Below are positions 9,599-18,404 of a stretch of DNA of 39,554 nucleotides, in pieces. The notes beneath the pieces were generated by a model that had not been told where the DNA came from, made no database searches, and saw nothing but the letters and a program-made list of their open reading frames with translations. This DNA comes from Nanobdellota archaeon (GTDB lineage Archaea; Nanobdellota; Nanobdellia; Pacearchaeales; GW2011-AR1), in NCBI GenBank assembly GCA_018817905.1, contig JAHISS010000107.1:1-39554 (forward strand), in the 5' to 3' direction. How positions within the stretch are numbered: position 1 is the first letter of the stretch; the number at the start of each line of letters is the position of its first letter. Both the position numbers and the translations under genes were made by a program.

Positions 9599-9868
9599 AA
9601 AAAATAACGGTTGTTGTTCTTACTGCAAAAGAGGTTAAAATTGAGTTGCTTGATAAAAATAAGTTGAAATATTTTACAGGATTGTCAAGGGGTGAGGGCA
9701 GAATCCCTCGGAAAATAGAAATAGGGATGTTGAAAAGTTAAAACAAATTACGTTGCTTTTATTAATGCGCGAGGATATTTGTTTAGTAACTGGGAAAAAG
9801 TTGAAGTGAAAAGAAATCCGCCTGCGGAGCGGGAAATAAAAGAGTTTGCGGCAGATATTTTTAAATAG
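9595..9868 (+). pseudogene. Decayed GT2 glycosyltransferase stub (frameshifted, internally deleted, 3'-truncated)
   Basis: Frame 1 (9595..9741) gives MKKITVVVLTAKE...PRKIEIGMLKS*. The shifted frame (9734..9868) gives KVKTNYVAFINARGYLFSNWEKV...*. This resembles the GT2 core xEYIAFLDADDYLxPNxLEK with DAD changed to NAR. Confidence 0.45.
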
Positions 9869-9969
9869 GGAATAAACCTTGCAAAAGTTGAAGATTGATT
9901 GAAGCTCATAGCCACAAAAAGCTATGGGAATTTCTTTTCAATTAAAGACTATACTGAAACATAAAAAGT

Positions 9970-9977
9970 ATTTTAAA
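9970..9977 (+). promoter_or_regulatory. TATA-like box for radical SAM gene 1
   Basis: ATTTTAAA centred 25.5 nt upstream of ATG 9999, which supports the shorter start. Confidence 0.4.
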
Positions 9978-9998
9978 GCTATACTAATGAAAGAGGGT

Positions 9999-11393
9999 AT
10001 GAGAGTTTTACTGGTAAATGCTATATTTAGAAGAAAGCTTGGAGAGAGCAAAAGAATTTCAACTATTCTCCCACCGATTGGATTGGCCTATTTAGCAGCT
10101 GTTCTAAAAAAAGAAGGAATTAAAGTAACGGTGTTGGATATGAATGCTCTTAATATTGAGCCGAAAGACATTAGAAAGCATATTCTGAAGTATAATCCTG
10201 AAATTGTAGGATTTAGTGTTACAACCCCTGTAGCTCCCCAAGTGTTTGAGATGGCAAGTATTGTCAAAAAGATAAATCACAAGATAAAAACCGTTGTTGG
10301 CGGGCCTCATGTAACTGCTCTCCCTGAAGAAGCAATTAAGAAAGATTTTATAGATTTCATTGTAATTGGCGAGGGAGAGACAACTTTTCTGGAATTGATA
10401 AAAAATGTTGAAAAAGGTGAGCAATTTGAAAAAATAGATGGAATAATGTTCAGAAAAGGGACGAGAATAGTCAGAACAAAAGAGAGGGAAAAAATAAAAA
10501 ATCTAGATGAACTTCCATTTCCAGCTATAGAACTGCTGCCTATGGAGAGATATGTTTCAGCTGATTCTGAATATAAAAAATTTGCAACTATCTTAACTTC
10601 AAGAGGATGTCCTGCGAGGTGCATTTACTGCAATAAGCTTGTTTTTGGAAATACGTGCCACATGCGAAGCGCTAAGAACATAATAAAAGAAATAGATTCT
10701 TTAAAGAAGAATTATGGATATAAAGAATTTCACATATTAGATGATTTATTTACTGCGAACAGACAAAGAGTCGTTGACTTTTGTAATATTGTAATAAGAA
10801 GAGATATGAAAATAAGGTGGAAATGTGGGAATGGCGTGAGAGTTGGAACAGTTGACTTTGGATTGCTAAAACTCATGAAAAAAGCTGGATGCTATTCATT
10901 AAGTTATGGAATAGAATCTGGAAACCAGCAAATTCTTAATAATATGAGGAAGGGGCAAACATTAAAACAATGCAGAAATGCTGTTAAATGGACCATACGG
11001 GCAGGATTAACATGTGTTGGATTTTTCATGTTTGGAAATCTTGGAGAAAATGAAGAAACAATGAGAGAAACTTTAGAATTTGCAAAATCCCTAGATTTAG
11101 ACGTAGCACAGTTCCATATTCTTGTTCCGTATCCAGGAACTATTATAAGGGAGATTATAGAAAAAGAGGGGAAAATTTTTGAAAATGATTGGGGGGAGTA
11201 TGACAACTTGGTTGGGAAAGCTGTTTTTGAACATGGAGAGTTAAAAAAAGAGAGCATGGAAAAAATACACAAAGACGCATATAAAGAGTTTTATATGAGA
11301 CCAAGTTTCATAATAAAACAGATTTTCAAGAGAAGAAGTCTGCGTCAAATTAAAAATAGGATAAACGGATTCCTTACGTTGATTGAATACTAA
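9999..11393 (+). CDS. B12-binding-domain radical SAM enzyme (class B type), paralogue 1
   Basis: N-terminal Rossmann-like region (IVGFSVTT, VVGGPHVTALPEE, IGEGE) followed by TSRGCPARCIYC (CxxxCxxC, 10608..10631) and YGIESGN. The ORF track begins at 9924; GAGGGT lies before ATG 9999. Confidence 0.85.
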   Translation: MRVLLVNAIFRRKLGESKRISTILPPIGLAYLAAVLKKEGIKVTVLDMNALNIEPKDIRKHILKYNPEIVGFSVTTPVAPQVFEMASIVKKINHKIKTVVGGPHVTALPEEAIKKDFIDFIVIGEGETTFLELIKNVEKGEQFEKIDGIMFRKGTRIVRTKEREKIKNLDELPFPAIELLPMERYVSADSEYKKFATILTSRGCPARCIYCNKLVFGNTCHMRSAKNIIKEIDSLKKNYGYKEFHILDDLFTANRQRVVDFCNIVIRRDMKIRWKCGNGVRVGTVDFGLLKLMKKAGCYSLSYGIESGNQQILNNMRKGQTLKQCRNAVKWTIRAGLTCVGFFMFGNLGENEETMRETLEFAKSLDLDVAQFHILVPYPGTIIREIIEKEGKIFENDWGEYDNLVGKAVFEHGELKKESMEKIHKDAYKEFYMRPSFIIKQIFKRRSLRQIKNRINGFLTLIEY

Positions 11394-11394
11394 C

Positions 11395-12555
11395 ATGAAA
11401 AAGATAATCATACTATATGACTTCCTGAAAGAACTTGGGGGGTTAGAGCGGGTGATGTTTTTTCAGGCAAACGTCTTAAAAAAATTATATGATGTTGAAT
11501 TGCTATTTAGCTATGTTTCTGAAAAAGAAAAAGAGAGAATAGGAAAAGAATTTGCATTTAATGATTTTAGAAAGATCTCCCAGATTGGAAAGTCAAGAAA
11601 CGAAAATGTGCAGTTCTTTTCTACGCTTCTTTTCCCAGGCAAGCTGAAACAAAGAAAAGCTGATTTAATAATAAGCCATAGCTTCATGGCTTCAAGGATG
11701 GTTCATGTAAAGAAAAAAAACGAAAAAACAAAGTTTATCGCAATGATACACCACCCTCCGAATTTTCTTTATGAAAGAAATCTGAAGTGGGTCAATAATT
11801 CTTCGAGGTTTTTTGCTTATATTCTCGGATTGTTTTTTGGAGATATATTAAGAAGAGCTGACAGAAAATCTGTCAGGAATGCAGATAGCGTAATCGCTAA
11901 TAGCAACTACACAAGAAAAAGGATAAAAGAGATTTATGGCATAAACGCTGAGGTAATTTATCCGCCTATTTCAAACAAATTTGTGATAATTGACGAGAGA
12001 GTGGCAATAAAAATATTAAAAAAATTTGGAATAGAAAAAAGATTTATTCTTATGCATGGAAGAATGATAAAAGACAAGAGACCTGATTTGGGAGTTTTGG
12101 CTTTCTCTAAGATTAAAAATAAAGACATTGATTTTATCATTTCTGGGACAATTGAAGAGGAGAAAAGAATCAGAGAACTCGTCAATAAATTTGGAATAGA
12201 AAAAAGAGTAAAAATTGCCGGGAGAGTTTCTGAAGAACAACTTCTTGCCCTTTACAATGCTGCAGAATGTCTTATAATGCCCACTCCAAAAGAAGATTTT
12301 GGTATGACTACTGTTGAGGCGATTGCTTGTGGATGCCCTGTAATTGCTTGGAAAGACGGCGCTGGTCCTGAAGAGATAATAACTGAAGATCTGAATGGAC
12401 TGTTGGCGAGACCGTATGACATAGAAGATTTCAAAGAGAAAGTTGAAAAAAGCCTGGCAAGAAAATGGAACAAGAAAAAAGTTTCCCTTTCTTCAAGAAA
12501 ATTTTCTGAAAAAGAGATTGAAAAGCAATTGCTGAATTTGGTTGATAGGTTCTGA
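11395..12555 (+). CDS. GT4 (GT-B fold) glycosyltransferase
   Basis: C-terminal EDFGMTTVEAIACGCPVIAWKDGAGPEEII (E-x7-E type) motif. ATG 11395 lies just after the upstream stop. Confidence 0.8.
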   Translation: MKKIIILYDFLKELGGLERVMFFQANVLKKLYDVELLFSYVSEKEKERIGKEFAFNDFRKISQIGKSRNENVQFFSTLLFPGKLKQRKADLIISHSFMASRMVHVKKKNEKTKFIAMIHHPPNFLYERNLKWVNNSSRFFAYILGLFFGDILRRADRKSVRNADSVIANSNYTRKRIKEIYGINAEVIYPPISNKFVIIDERVAIKILKKFGIEKRFILMHGRMIKDKRPDLGVLAFSKIKNKDIDFIISGTIEEEKRIRELVNKFGIEKRVKIAGRVSEEQLLALYNAAECLIMPTPKEDFGMTTVEAIACGCPVIAWKDGAGPEEIITEDLNGLLARPYDIEDFKEKVEKSLARKWNKKKVSLSSRKFSEKEIEKQLLNLVDRF

Positions 12556-12563
12556 ATAAGAAA

Positions 12564-13409
12564 ATGGGAAAAATAAAAATTCCAGAAAAATTTGAAAAAG
12601 GGATAGTTACAGTTATAATTCCGACATACCATGCTGAAATGAATATTGAAAAATGCCTTAAGTCAATAAGAAATCAGACATACAGGAGGATAGAGATAAT
12701 AGTTGTTGACCAGACAAGCCCCGACGCCACTGTCAAAATTGCAAGGAAGTACTCCGATAAAATAATAATAATAGAAAAACCAAAGTTCTATTCCCCACCC
12801 TCTCACTCGAGGAACATAGGGGCCGCTGCTTCTAGAGGAGAGTTTATTGTTAATATCGATGCAGATATGGAGCTGGAGAAAACCTTAATAGAAAACTGCG
12901 TGAAGATTGCAAGAAAAAAAGAATGTGCTGGAGTGATAATACATGAAAAAGATGTGCCTCTCAACTTTTGGGCAAAGTGCAGAGCATTGGAGAAGGAGTG
13001 CATGATTAATGACCGTTTCTTTGAAGGGGTAAGATTTATTTCAAGAGAGGCATTCAGAAAAATCAAGGGTTATGACTCCAGTCTTGGAAGTGGGGAGGAC
13101 TGGGATTTACACGCGAGAATTAAAGAAACTGGAAAGATTTTTTATGCGGATTATTTTATTTTTCACCACACTGGCAAAAAACATTTAATTAAAAATTTTA
13201 GAAAGATGGTTGATTATGGAAGAACATTTGACAGATACATAAAAAAACATCCTGAACTTGCTAAGAAGCAGCTTACTATTTTCAGAGGAATGTATTTAAG
13301 AAACTGGAAAACACTTGTAAAAAAACCTATTCTTACTTTGGGGCTCGTAATACTCAAGCTTTCAGAGTTTGCTGGAGCGTTTATAGGAAAGATAATCGCT
13401 GGGAATTAA
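12564..13409 (+). CDS. GT2 (GT-A fold) glycosyltransferase
   Basis: VTVIIPTYHAEMNIEKCLKSIRNQTY, NIDADME and GSGEDWDL motifs. Confidence 0.8.
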   Translation: MGKIKIPEKFEKGIVTVIIPTYHAEMNIEKCLKSIRNQTYRRIEIIVVDQTSPDATVKIARKYSDKIIIIEKPKFYSPPSHSRNIGAAASRGEFIVNIDADMELEKTLIENCVKIARKKECAGVIIHEKDVPLNFWAKCRALEKECMINDRFFEGVRFISREAFRKIKGYDSSLGSGEDWDLHARIKETGKIFYADYFIFHHTGKKHLIKNFRKMVDYGRTFDRYIKKHPELAKKQLTIFRGMYLRNWKTLVKKPILTLGLVILKLSEFAGAFIGKIIAGN

Positions 13410-13488
13410 ATGACTAGCAACATACTTTTTGAAACTAGTGAGCCAAATAATCTTGCCATCGGTTTTATTAACAAATTTTTTTCAAAAA

Positions 13489-13497
13489 GTATTTAAA
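13489..13497 (+). promoter_or_regulatory. TATA-like box for the FkbM-type methyltransferase gene
   Basis: GTATTTAAA centred about 27 nt upstream of ATG 13520. Confidence 0.4.
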
Positions 13498-13519
13498 CGC
13501 TAATTTTCTTTTTATTAAA

Positions 13520-14314
13520 ATGAGACGATTTTTCCTTACAATGAAAAGTTTTTTGTGGAAACTAACTTTAAAGTACTTAGTCAATCCCAATAAACTTGTC
13601 AATATTCATGGGAATAAAATGTTTTTAGATTCAAGAGATTCATTATTACTTTCCATACGCAAAAATTATGAACCGAGACATGTTGCACTTATGAAGAGAA
13701 TAGTAAAACAAGGAGAAACCGTAGTTGATATTGGGGCCCATATTGGGTATTATACTCTTATTCTTGCAGAGACGGTTGGTCCAAAAGGAAAAGTATTTGC
13801 ATTCGAACCAAATCCAGAAAATTTTGAAGTATTGAAAAAAAATGTGGAAATTAATGGTTACAAAAATGTTATTCTGGAACAAAAAGCAGTTTCTAATAAG
13901 AATGGAAAAGCAAAATTTTATTTTTCTAAGATAAACAGTGGGGACGGAAAAATCTATGCTACAAAGGAAGAGAGAGGTAGTTGTGAGGTAAATTCTATAA
14001 AATTGGATGATTATTTTAAGAAAAAGAGAATAAAACCTTCTTTCTTTAAAATGGATATACAAGGCGCAGAGCCCAAAGCTTTTGAAGGCATGAAATGGAT
14101 ATTAGACAACCCTAGTTTAAAGTTTACTACAGAATTCCAGCCAGAAGCGATAGAATCTGCGGGATATAGCCCTAAAGAATTTTTAGACAGGATAAGAGAA
14201 GAAGGATTAAGTATATACGATTTAGGAAAAAAAGAGGTTATAAAAGATAACGATTCTTTAGTAGAATACTACAAATCTATAAACTACTTTACAACACTTT
14301 ATTGCTATAAATAA
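13520..14314 (+). CDS. FkbM-family SAM-dependent methyltransferase
   Basis: VVDIGAHIGYYTL, VFAFEPNPENFEVLKKNVEINGYKNV and FFKMDIQGAEPKA motifs typical of the FkbM family. Confidence 0.75.
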   Translation: MRRFFLTMKSFLWKLTLKYLVNPNKLVNIHGNKMFLDSRDSLLLSIRKNYEPRHVALMKRIVKQGETVVDIGAHIGYYTLILAETVGPKGKVFAFEPNPENFEVLKKNVEINGYKNVILEQKAVSNKNGKAKFYFSKINSGDGKIYATKEERGSCEVNSIKLDDYFKKKRIKPSFFKMDIQGAEPKAFEGMKWILDNPSLKFTTEFQPEAIESAGYSPKEFLDRIREEGLSIYDLGKKEVIKDNDSLVEYYKSINYFTTLYCYK

Positions 14315-15058
14315 TTATTTTTTCAGTAAGAACATTACAAGAATCTCTAAATTGGGATTATCATTAATTAAGTTTTGAATACTTGAAGGGTTTATTTCAA
14401 TAAAATGTTCTCCGTTTTTATAGAAGTATCTTTCCTCCATCTTTTTTAAATCAGAAATAAGCCAATCAAGTTCCTTCTTGCTGTAAATCCGAGTATGTCC
14501 ATTTTCAAGAATCTTTGCTTTGCCAGCAAGAGAGGTAGTAAGAATAATCTTCCCTTTTTTCTTAATCATTTTTTTCATTTTTTTCATCAACATCTTATCC
14601 TTTCTTCCTTCTGCTTTAGAACCATAATCCATGTTTAAACCGACGTGCTCTATAACTGATATGCAAGTAATTGCATCAAAGTAGTTGTCCGGAAAATCGA
14701 GATTCAATCCGTCTGCCTGGATGAACTTTAAATTTGGGTGTTTGAAGGGATAAGCGCGAGGGTCATTGCCATAGGTCTCATATCCTAAAGAAGCTATTTC
14801 TATGGGCATTATGCTATCAGAACATCCAACGTCAAGAATTTTTGCATTTTTATTCTTTGGGAGGTTTTGAAAAACAAATGGTCTTTCTAATACTCTTTCT
14901 TTAAAGCTCCATTCAAGAAGATTTAGTTTGGCAAGGATAATTTTCACGAATTCTACACCTGCAACAAAGAGGTCTCTAACTTTCTTAGGTTTGCAATAAA
15001 ATTTTATTGAATTGTTTACATAGAAGTTCTTAAGGTAGATTTTATCTTTTAGCGACAT
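14315..15058 (-). CDS. Class I SAM-dependent methyltransferase
   Basis: ILDVGCSDS (motif I), FDAITCISVIEHVGL and GKIILTT. Its stop directly abuts the stop of the convergent FkbM gene. Confidence 0.7.
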   Translation of the reverse strand: MSLKDKIYLKNFYVNNSIKFYCKPKKVRDLFVAGVEFVKIILAKLNLLEWSFKERVLERPFVFQNLPKNKNAKILDVGCSDSIMPIEIASLGYETYGNDPRAYPFKHPNLKFIQADGLNLDFPDNYFDAITCISVIEHVGLNMDYGSKAEGRKDKMLMKKMKKMIKKKGKIILTTSLAGKAKILENGHTRIYSKKELDWLISDLKKMEERYFYKNGEHFIEINPSSIQNLINDNPNLEILVMFLLKK

Positions 15059-15079
15059 TAGAATAGTAAATAGGAAACA

Positions 15080-15087
15080 TTTTTAAT
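15080..15087 (-). promoter_or_regulatory. TATA-like box for the methyltransferase gene 14315..15058
   Basis: A/T octamer centred 25.5 nt upstream of the minus-strand ATG at 15058. Confidence 0.35.
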
Positions 15088-15105
15088 ACCTTCTATCATG
15101 AAAAA

Positions 15106-15113
15106 TTATATAA
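15106..15113 (+). promoter_or_regulatory. TATA-like box for radical SAM gene 2
   Basis: TTATATAA centred 26.5 nt upstream of ATG 15136. Confidence 0.45.
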
Positions 15114-15135
15114 AAGAAAAAGATAATTTAAAAAA

Positions 15136-16557
15136 ATGAAAATATTATTATTAAGCCCCCCGACAGAAAACTCTAGATTTCCTCCACTGGGGATTGCCTA
15201 CATTTCTTCTTTTCTTAATGCTAACGGACACGAAGCGGTGATAAAAGATGCGAATAATATTTCTGCTAAAGAGATTGTTAATTCTGTGAAAAAGTACGCC
15301 CCTGACATTGTAGGAATAACAATGAATACTACAAATAGATTTGTCGCCATAGATATTTTGAAGAAAGTCAAGAAACGGTATAATCTTCCTACAATTGCTG
15401 GAGGACCTCATGCTACAATAATGACAGATCAGTTATTGAAAAACTATCCCCATATAGATTACATAGTGAGAAACGAGGGAGAATTTGTCACATTGAATTT
15501 GCTAAATTCTCTTGAAAAGGGAAAAGATTTGGGGAATATTACGGGGCTATCTTACAGAAAGAATAATCAGGTGTTCCATAATGCAAGGGCAGAACCTATA
15601 AAAGACTTGGATATATTACCCTATCCAGATTATAATTTCTTTGATTTGAAAAACTACTCAAAAAATCCTGAGCATCCAAAAGAAATTTTAAAATTTCCTG
15701 TGGGCAGCATCATGTCTTCAAGAGGATGCCCGTATCATTGTATATTTTGTTCAACATCACAACTCTGGGGGCATAGAATAAGATTCAGAAAGCCAGAGTT
15801 TGTTGTTGACGAAATGCAAAACCTCCTAAAAGAGCATAACACAAGATACATTGTTTTTAACGATGATAATTTCACAGCTGATAGAAAAAGGGCGATTGAA
15901 ATATGCAAGGTTATAATTAAAAGGGGCTTGCAAAAAGAGATAACTTGGGCTTGCAGTTCAGAAGTTAACATAATAAACAGGGACCTTCTTGAGTGGTTGA
16001 AAAAAGCAGGATGTCATATGATAGAATATGGCGTGGAAGACCCTGGAGAAGAAGGAACAAGGTTTTTTAAAAAGGCGCATACTCAAAAGCAGTTGTTTGA
16101 AGCCTTCAAGTTAACTAATGAAATAGGATTAAAGTCGAGAAGCTTTGTTATCGTGGGGGGTGACCACGAGAGCAAGGAAAATATTGAGTTAAAAAAAAGG
16201 CTAATGGAAAAAATTAATCCAACTGCTACAACTGCTTCGTTGTTGCTTGCTTTTCCGGGGACAGAACTATTTGAAAGAGGGAAGCAGAGAGGGTTATGGG
16301 ACGATTCTATCTGGCTTCGGCCGTGTGTTGGAAAAAAATTTCATAATTATGTCCCAATTTATCATAGCGAGAATATGGACCTTAATGGACTATTTGAAGC
16401 TTCTGCTGACTTATACTACTGGTGGAATAGAAAAAAAGGAAGTTTTAGATTCAGGGAGCAGGCAGGAGTAGTTAAAGGGCTTATCAAAAGAAGAGATTTC
16501 TTAAAGATATACGCCATGGGAAAGAGCGTTATAAAAAGAAGCGTCAAAGGGTTATAA
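15136..16557 (+). CDS. B12-binding-domain radical SAM enzyme, paralogue 2
   Basis: IVGITMNT, IAGGPHATIMTDQ, SSRGCPYHCIFC and YGVEDPGEEG motifs; 473 aa. Confidence 0.85.
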   Translation: MKILLLSPPTENSRFPPLGIAYISSFLNANGHEAVIKDANNISAKEIVNSVKKYAPDIVGITMNTTNRFVAIDILKKVKKRYNLPTIAGGPHATIMTDQLLKNYPHIDYIVRNEGEFVTLNLLNSLEKGKDLGNITGLSYRKNNQVFHNARAEPIKDLDILPYPDYNFFDLKNYSKNPEHPKEILKFPVGSIMSSRGCPYHCIFCSTSQLWGHRIRFRKPEFVVDEMQNLLKEHNTRYIVFNDDNFTADRKRAIEICKVIIKRGLQKEITWACSSEVNIINRDLLEWLKKAGCHMIEYGVEDPGEEGTRFFKKAHTQKQLFEAFKLTNEIGLKSRSFVIVGGDHESKENIELKKRLMEKINPTATTASLLLAFPGTELFERGKQRGLWDDSIWLRPCVGKKFHNYVPIYHSENMDLNGLFEASADLYYWWNRKKGSFRFREQAGVVKGLIKRRDFLKIYAMGKSVIKRSVKGL

Positions 16558-18126
16558 AGAATCCTGGTTTATCTTGTAAATTATGAGTGCTGGCTGACTG
16601 CTTTCTAAAAAATAAACTTGCGTAGGCACGACGGTTTCATTATGTCTCTGTGGCCAGTCATATGCCCAGTCCGAACTAGGTTGAAATATAGATAAAACCA
16701 AGTACTTGGGATTACTATTTTTTATAAAATCTGTGAAATTTTCTTCTGAACTGAACCAGTCCACATTATAAACTCGTCTCCCACTATAATAGGCATGCTG
16801 CGTCAAAGAAGAACTAATGATGATGTCGCTCTTGTTAGAATTCTCTTTAATCCATAACCCAGAATCCTTGACTTGCTGATAAGAATCTAATTTATTTCTT
16901 ACAATCATGTCTGCATGCTGCCATTGAGTGTAAACTCCCAAACAAAGAAAAACAAATATTAAGAATATTGAAAGATACTTTATCTTAAACATAGACTGAA
17001 CAAAATCTCCAAATTTGATAAGTCCTTTTGCTGTGAAGGCAAACATCCCTGGAAGAAGTGCGAAAAGCCATCTGTATTCAAAACCGCCCGCTCTTAAGAT
17101 AAATATAAAAAAGAATAGAAAACCAGCTATAAGAATTAAATTAAAAGTGTCTGCTTTATAGGAATTGTCTTCTACGTTTTTGTTTATCCTCTTTAAACCT
17201 TCTGGAAAGATAGCAATGCCACCTATAACCACAGTGACTCCTAAGAGAAATGCGTAGAATAAAACTGGAGGAATAAATGAAACTAACGACTGGTAGAATC
17301 CATAAAAAACTGAAGTAACGCCCCAATAAATTGGGGACTCATAATGATAAAACTGATTAACAAAGGCAAACCTGCGAGACAGAAAGTCCATAAAAATGTA
17401 ACCTGATATTACCAATCCGGTTAGACCTATTGCTGCAGAAATCCTGTATTTTTCTGGAATCTTATAAAAATGAATTATTACTAAAAATAATACGAGAATT
17501 GGGACAATGAATAGATTGCCTGACCTGAATAAAACACAAATAAGAATAAACAAAACAATCCATAGCAAAGCATATTTACTTTTAATAAAACTCCAATCTT
17601 CCTTTTTCAAGTAAACTTTAAACAAAATTATAATCGCTAAGAATTCAAAAATTAAAGACCAGTTTTCTGTATGAAACCGGTTGCTATAAAAAACATGTTC
17701 CCATAGCACTGTAAAAATTGCTGTAGATATTAAAGCGATTCTTTTATCTTTATACATTGCGCTTAATGCAAAATACAATAAGAAAATGGTGATTAGTGAA
17801 GGTATAAATGCTAGAAAAAATTTGAGAACAGTTTCATTGCTAACACCAATCATGTAAAATAAAGACGCTAAAAACGGAAAGCCGGGAAACCTATTAAGAG
17901 TGATGTGATATTCAAAGTTTGTGATTCCTGCAAAAGATTTTGCAATTGACATGTATTCTGCTTCGTCCCACCACAACGGTTGAGTTTTTGTTAAGAGAAA
18001 GTAATAAAACCTTATGGCAAATGCTAAAACGAGAATTCCCACTAAACATAGATTGTATGGGTTTTTCAGCCAATTTTTAATTTTTGTTTTTCTCTCTGAT
18101 AATTTTTCTTCTTCATCTGATTCCAT
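16552..18126 (-). CDS. GT-C fold glycosyltransferase, PMT_2/ArnT-like (lipid-linked sugar donor type)
   Basis: About 12 TM segments. The first-loop motif PLWWDEAEYMSIAKSF is typical of GT39/GT83-like enzymes, and there is a soluble C-terminal domain. ATG 18124..18126 is preferred over the TTG at 18141. Confidence 0.65.
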   Translation of the reverse strand: MESDEEEKLSERKTKIKNWLKNPYNLCLVGILVLAFAIRFYYFLLTKTQPLWWDEAEYMSIAKSFAGITNFEYHITLNRFPGFPFLASLFYMIGVSNETVLKFFLAFIPSLITIFLLYFALSAMYKDKRIALISTAIFTVLWEHVFYSNRFHTENWSLIFEFLAIIILFKVYLKKEDWSFIKSKYALLWIVLFILICVLFRSGNLFIVPILVLFLVIIHFYKIPEKYRISAAIGLTGLVISGYIFMDFLSRRFAFVNQFYHYESPIYWGVTSVFYGFYQSLVSFIPPVLFYAFLLGVTVVIGGIAIFPEGLKRINKNVEDNSYKADTFNLILIAGFLFFFIFILRAGGFEYRWLFALLPGMFAFTAKGLIKFGDFVQSMFKIKYLSIFLIFVFLCLGVYTQWQHADMIVRNKLDSYQQVKDSGLWIKENSNKSDIIISSSLTQHAYYSGRRVYNVDWFSSEENFTDFIKNSNPKYLVLSIFQPSSDWAYDWPQRHNETVVPTQVYFLESSQPALIIYKINQDSL

Positions 18127-18173
18127 TGTTAATCTAAACAAATAGAGTTTTTATGTATTTCTAAAGTCTATAT

Positions 18174-18186
18174 AAAACTTTTTAAA
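18174..18186 (+). promoter_or_regulatory. Promoter element AAAACTTTTTAAA of ferredoxin copy 1
   Basis: Identical 13-mer to 20698..20710. Its T/A core is centred about 25 nt upstream of ATG 18208. Confidence 0.45.
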
Positions 18187-18207
18187 TGCCTTTTGTTTTG
18201 TGGGGGT

Positions 18208-18393
18208 ATGTCTAAAAAAATAAAGATTGACGAGGAGAAATGCATTGGCTGCGGTTTGTGTGCTGAGTTGGCTCCTAAGAATTTTGAAATGCGCGGCGAT
18301 AAAGCTATTGTGAAAAAAGCAGCTGTTGAAAAAGCAGACGACGTGAATGGGGCGGTTGAGTCTTGCGCAGTCGAAGCCATATCTGTTTCATAG
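18208..18393 (+). CDS. Small single-cluster ferredoxin (Pyrococcus-type)
   Basis: 61 aa: KIKIDEEKCIGCGLCAELAP...ESCAVEAI (CxxCxxC...C). GGGGGT lies before ATG 18208. Confidence 0.75.
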   Translation: MSKKIKIDEEKCIGCGLCAELAPKNFEMRGDKAIVKKAAVEKADDVNGAVESCAVEAISVS

Positions 18394-18404
18394 AATTTAG
18401 GATT

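Noticed and set aside
13410-13496. 28-codon ORF (MTSNILFETSEPNNLAIGFINKFFSKSI) in the gap before the FkbM gene
   Set aside because: It overlaps the predicted TATA box of the downstream gene, has no motif and is very short. It is most likely non-coding spacer.
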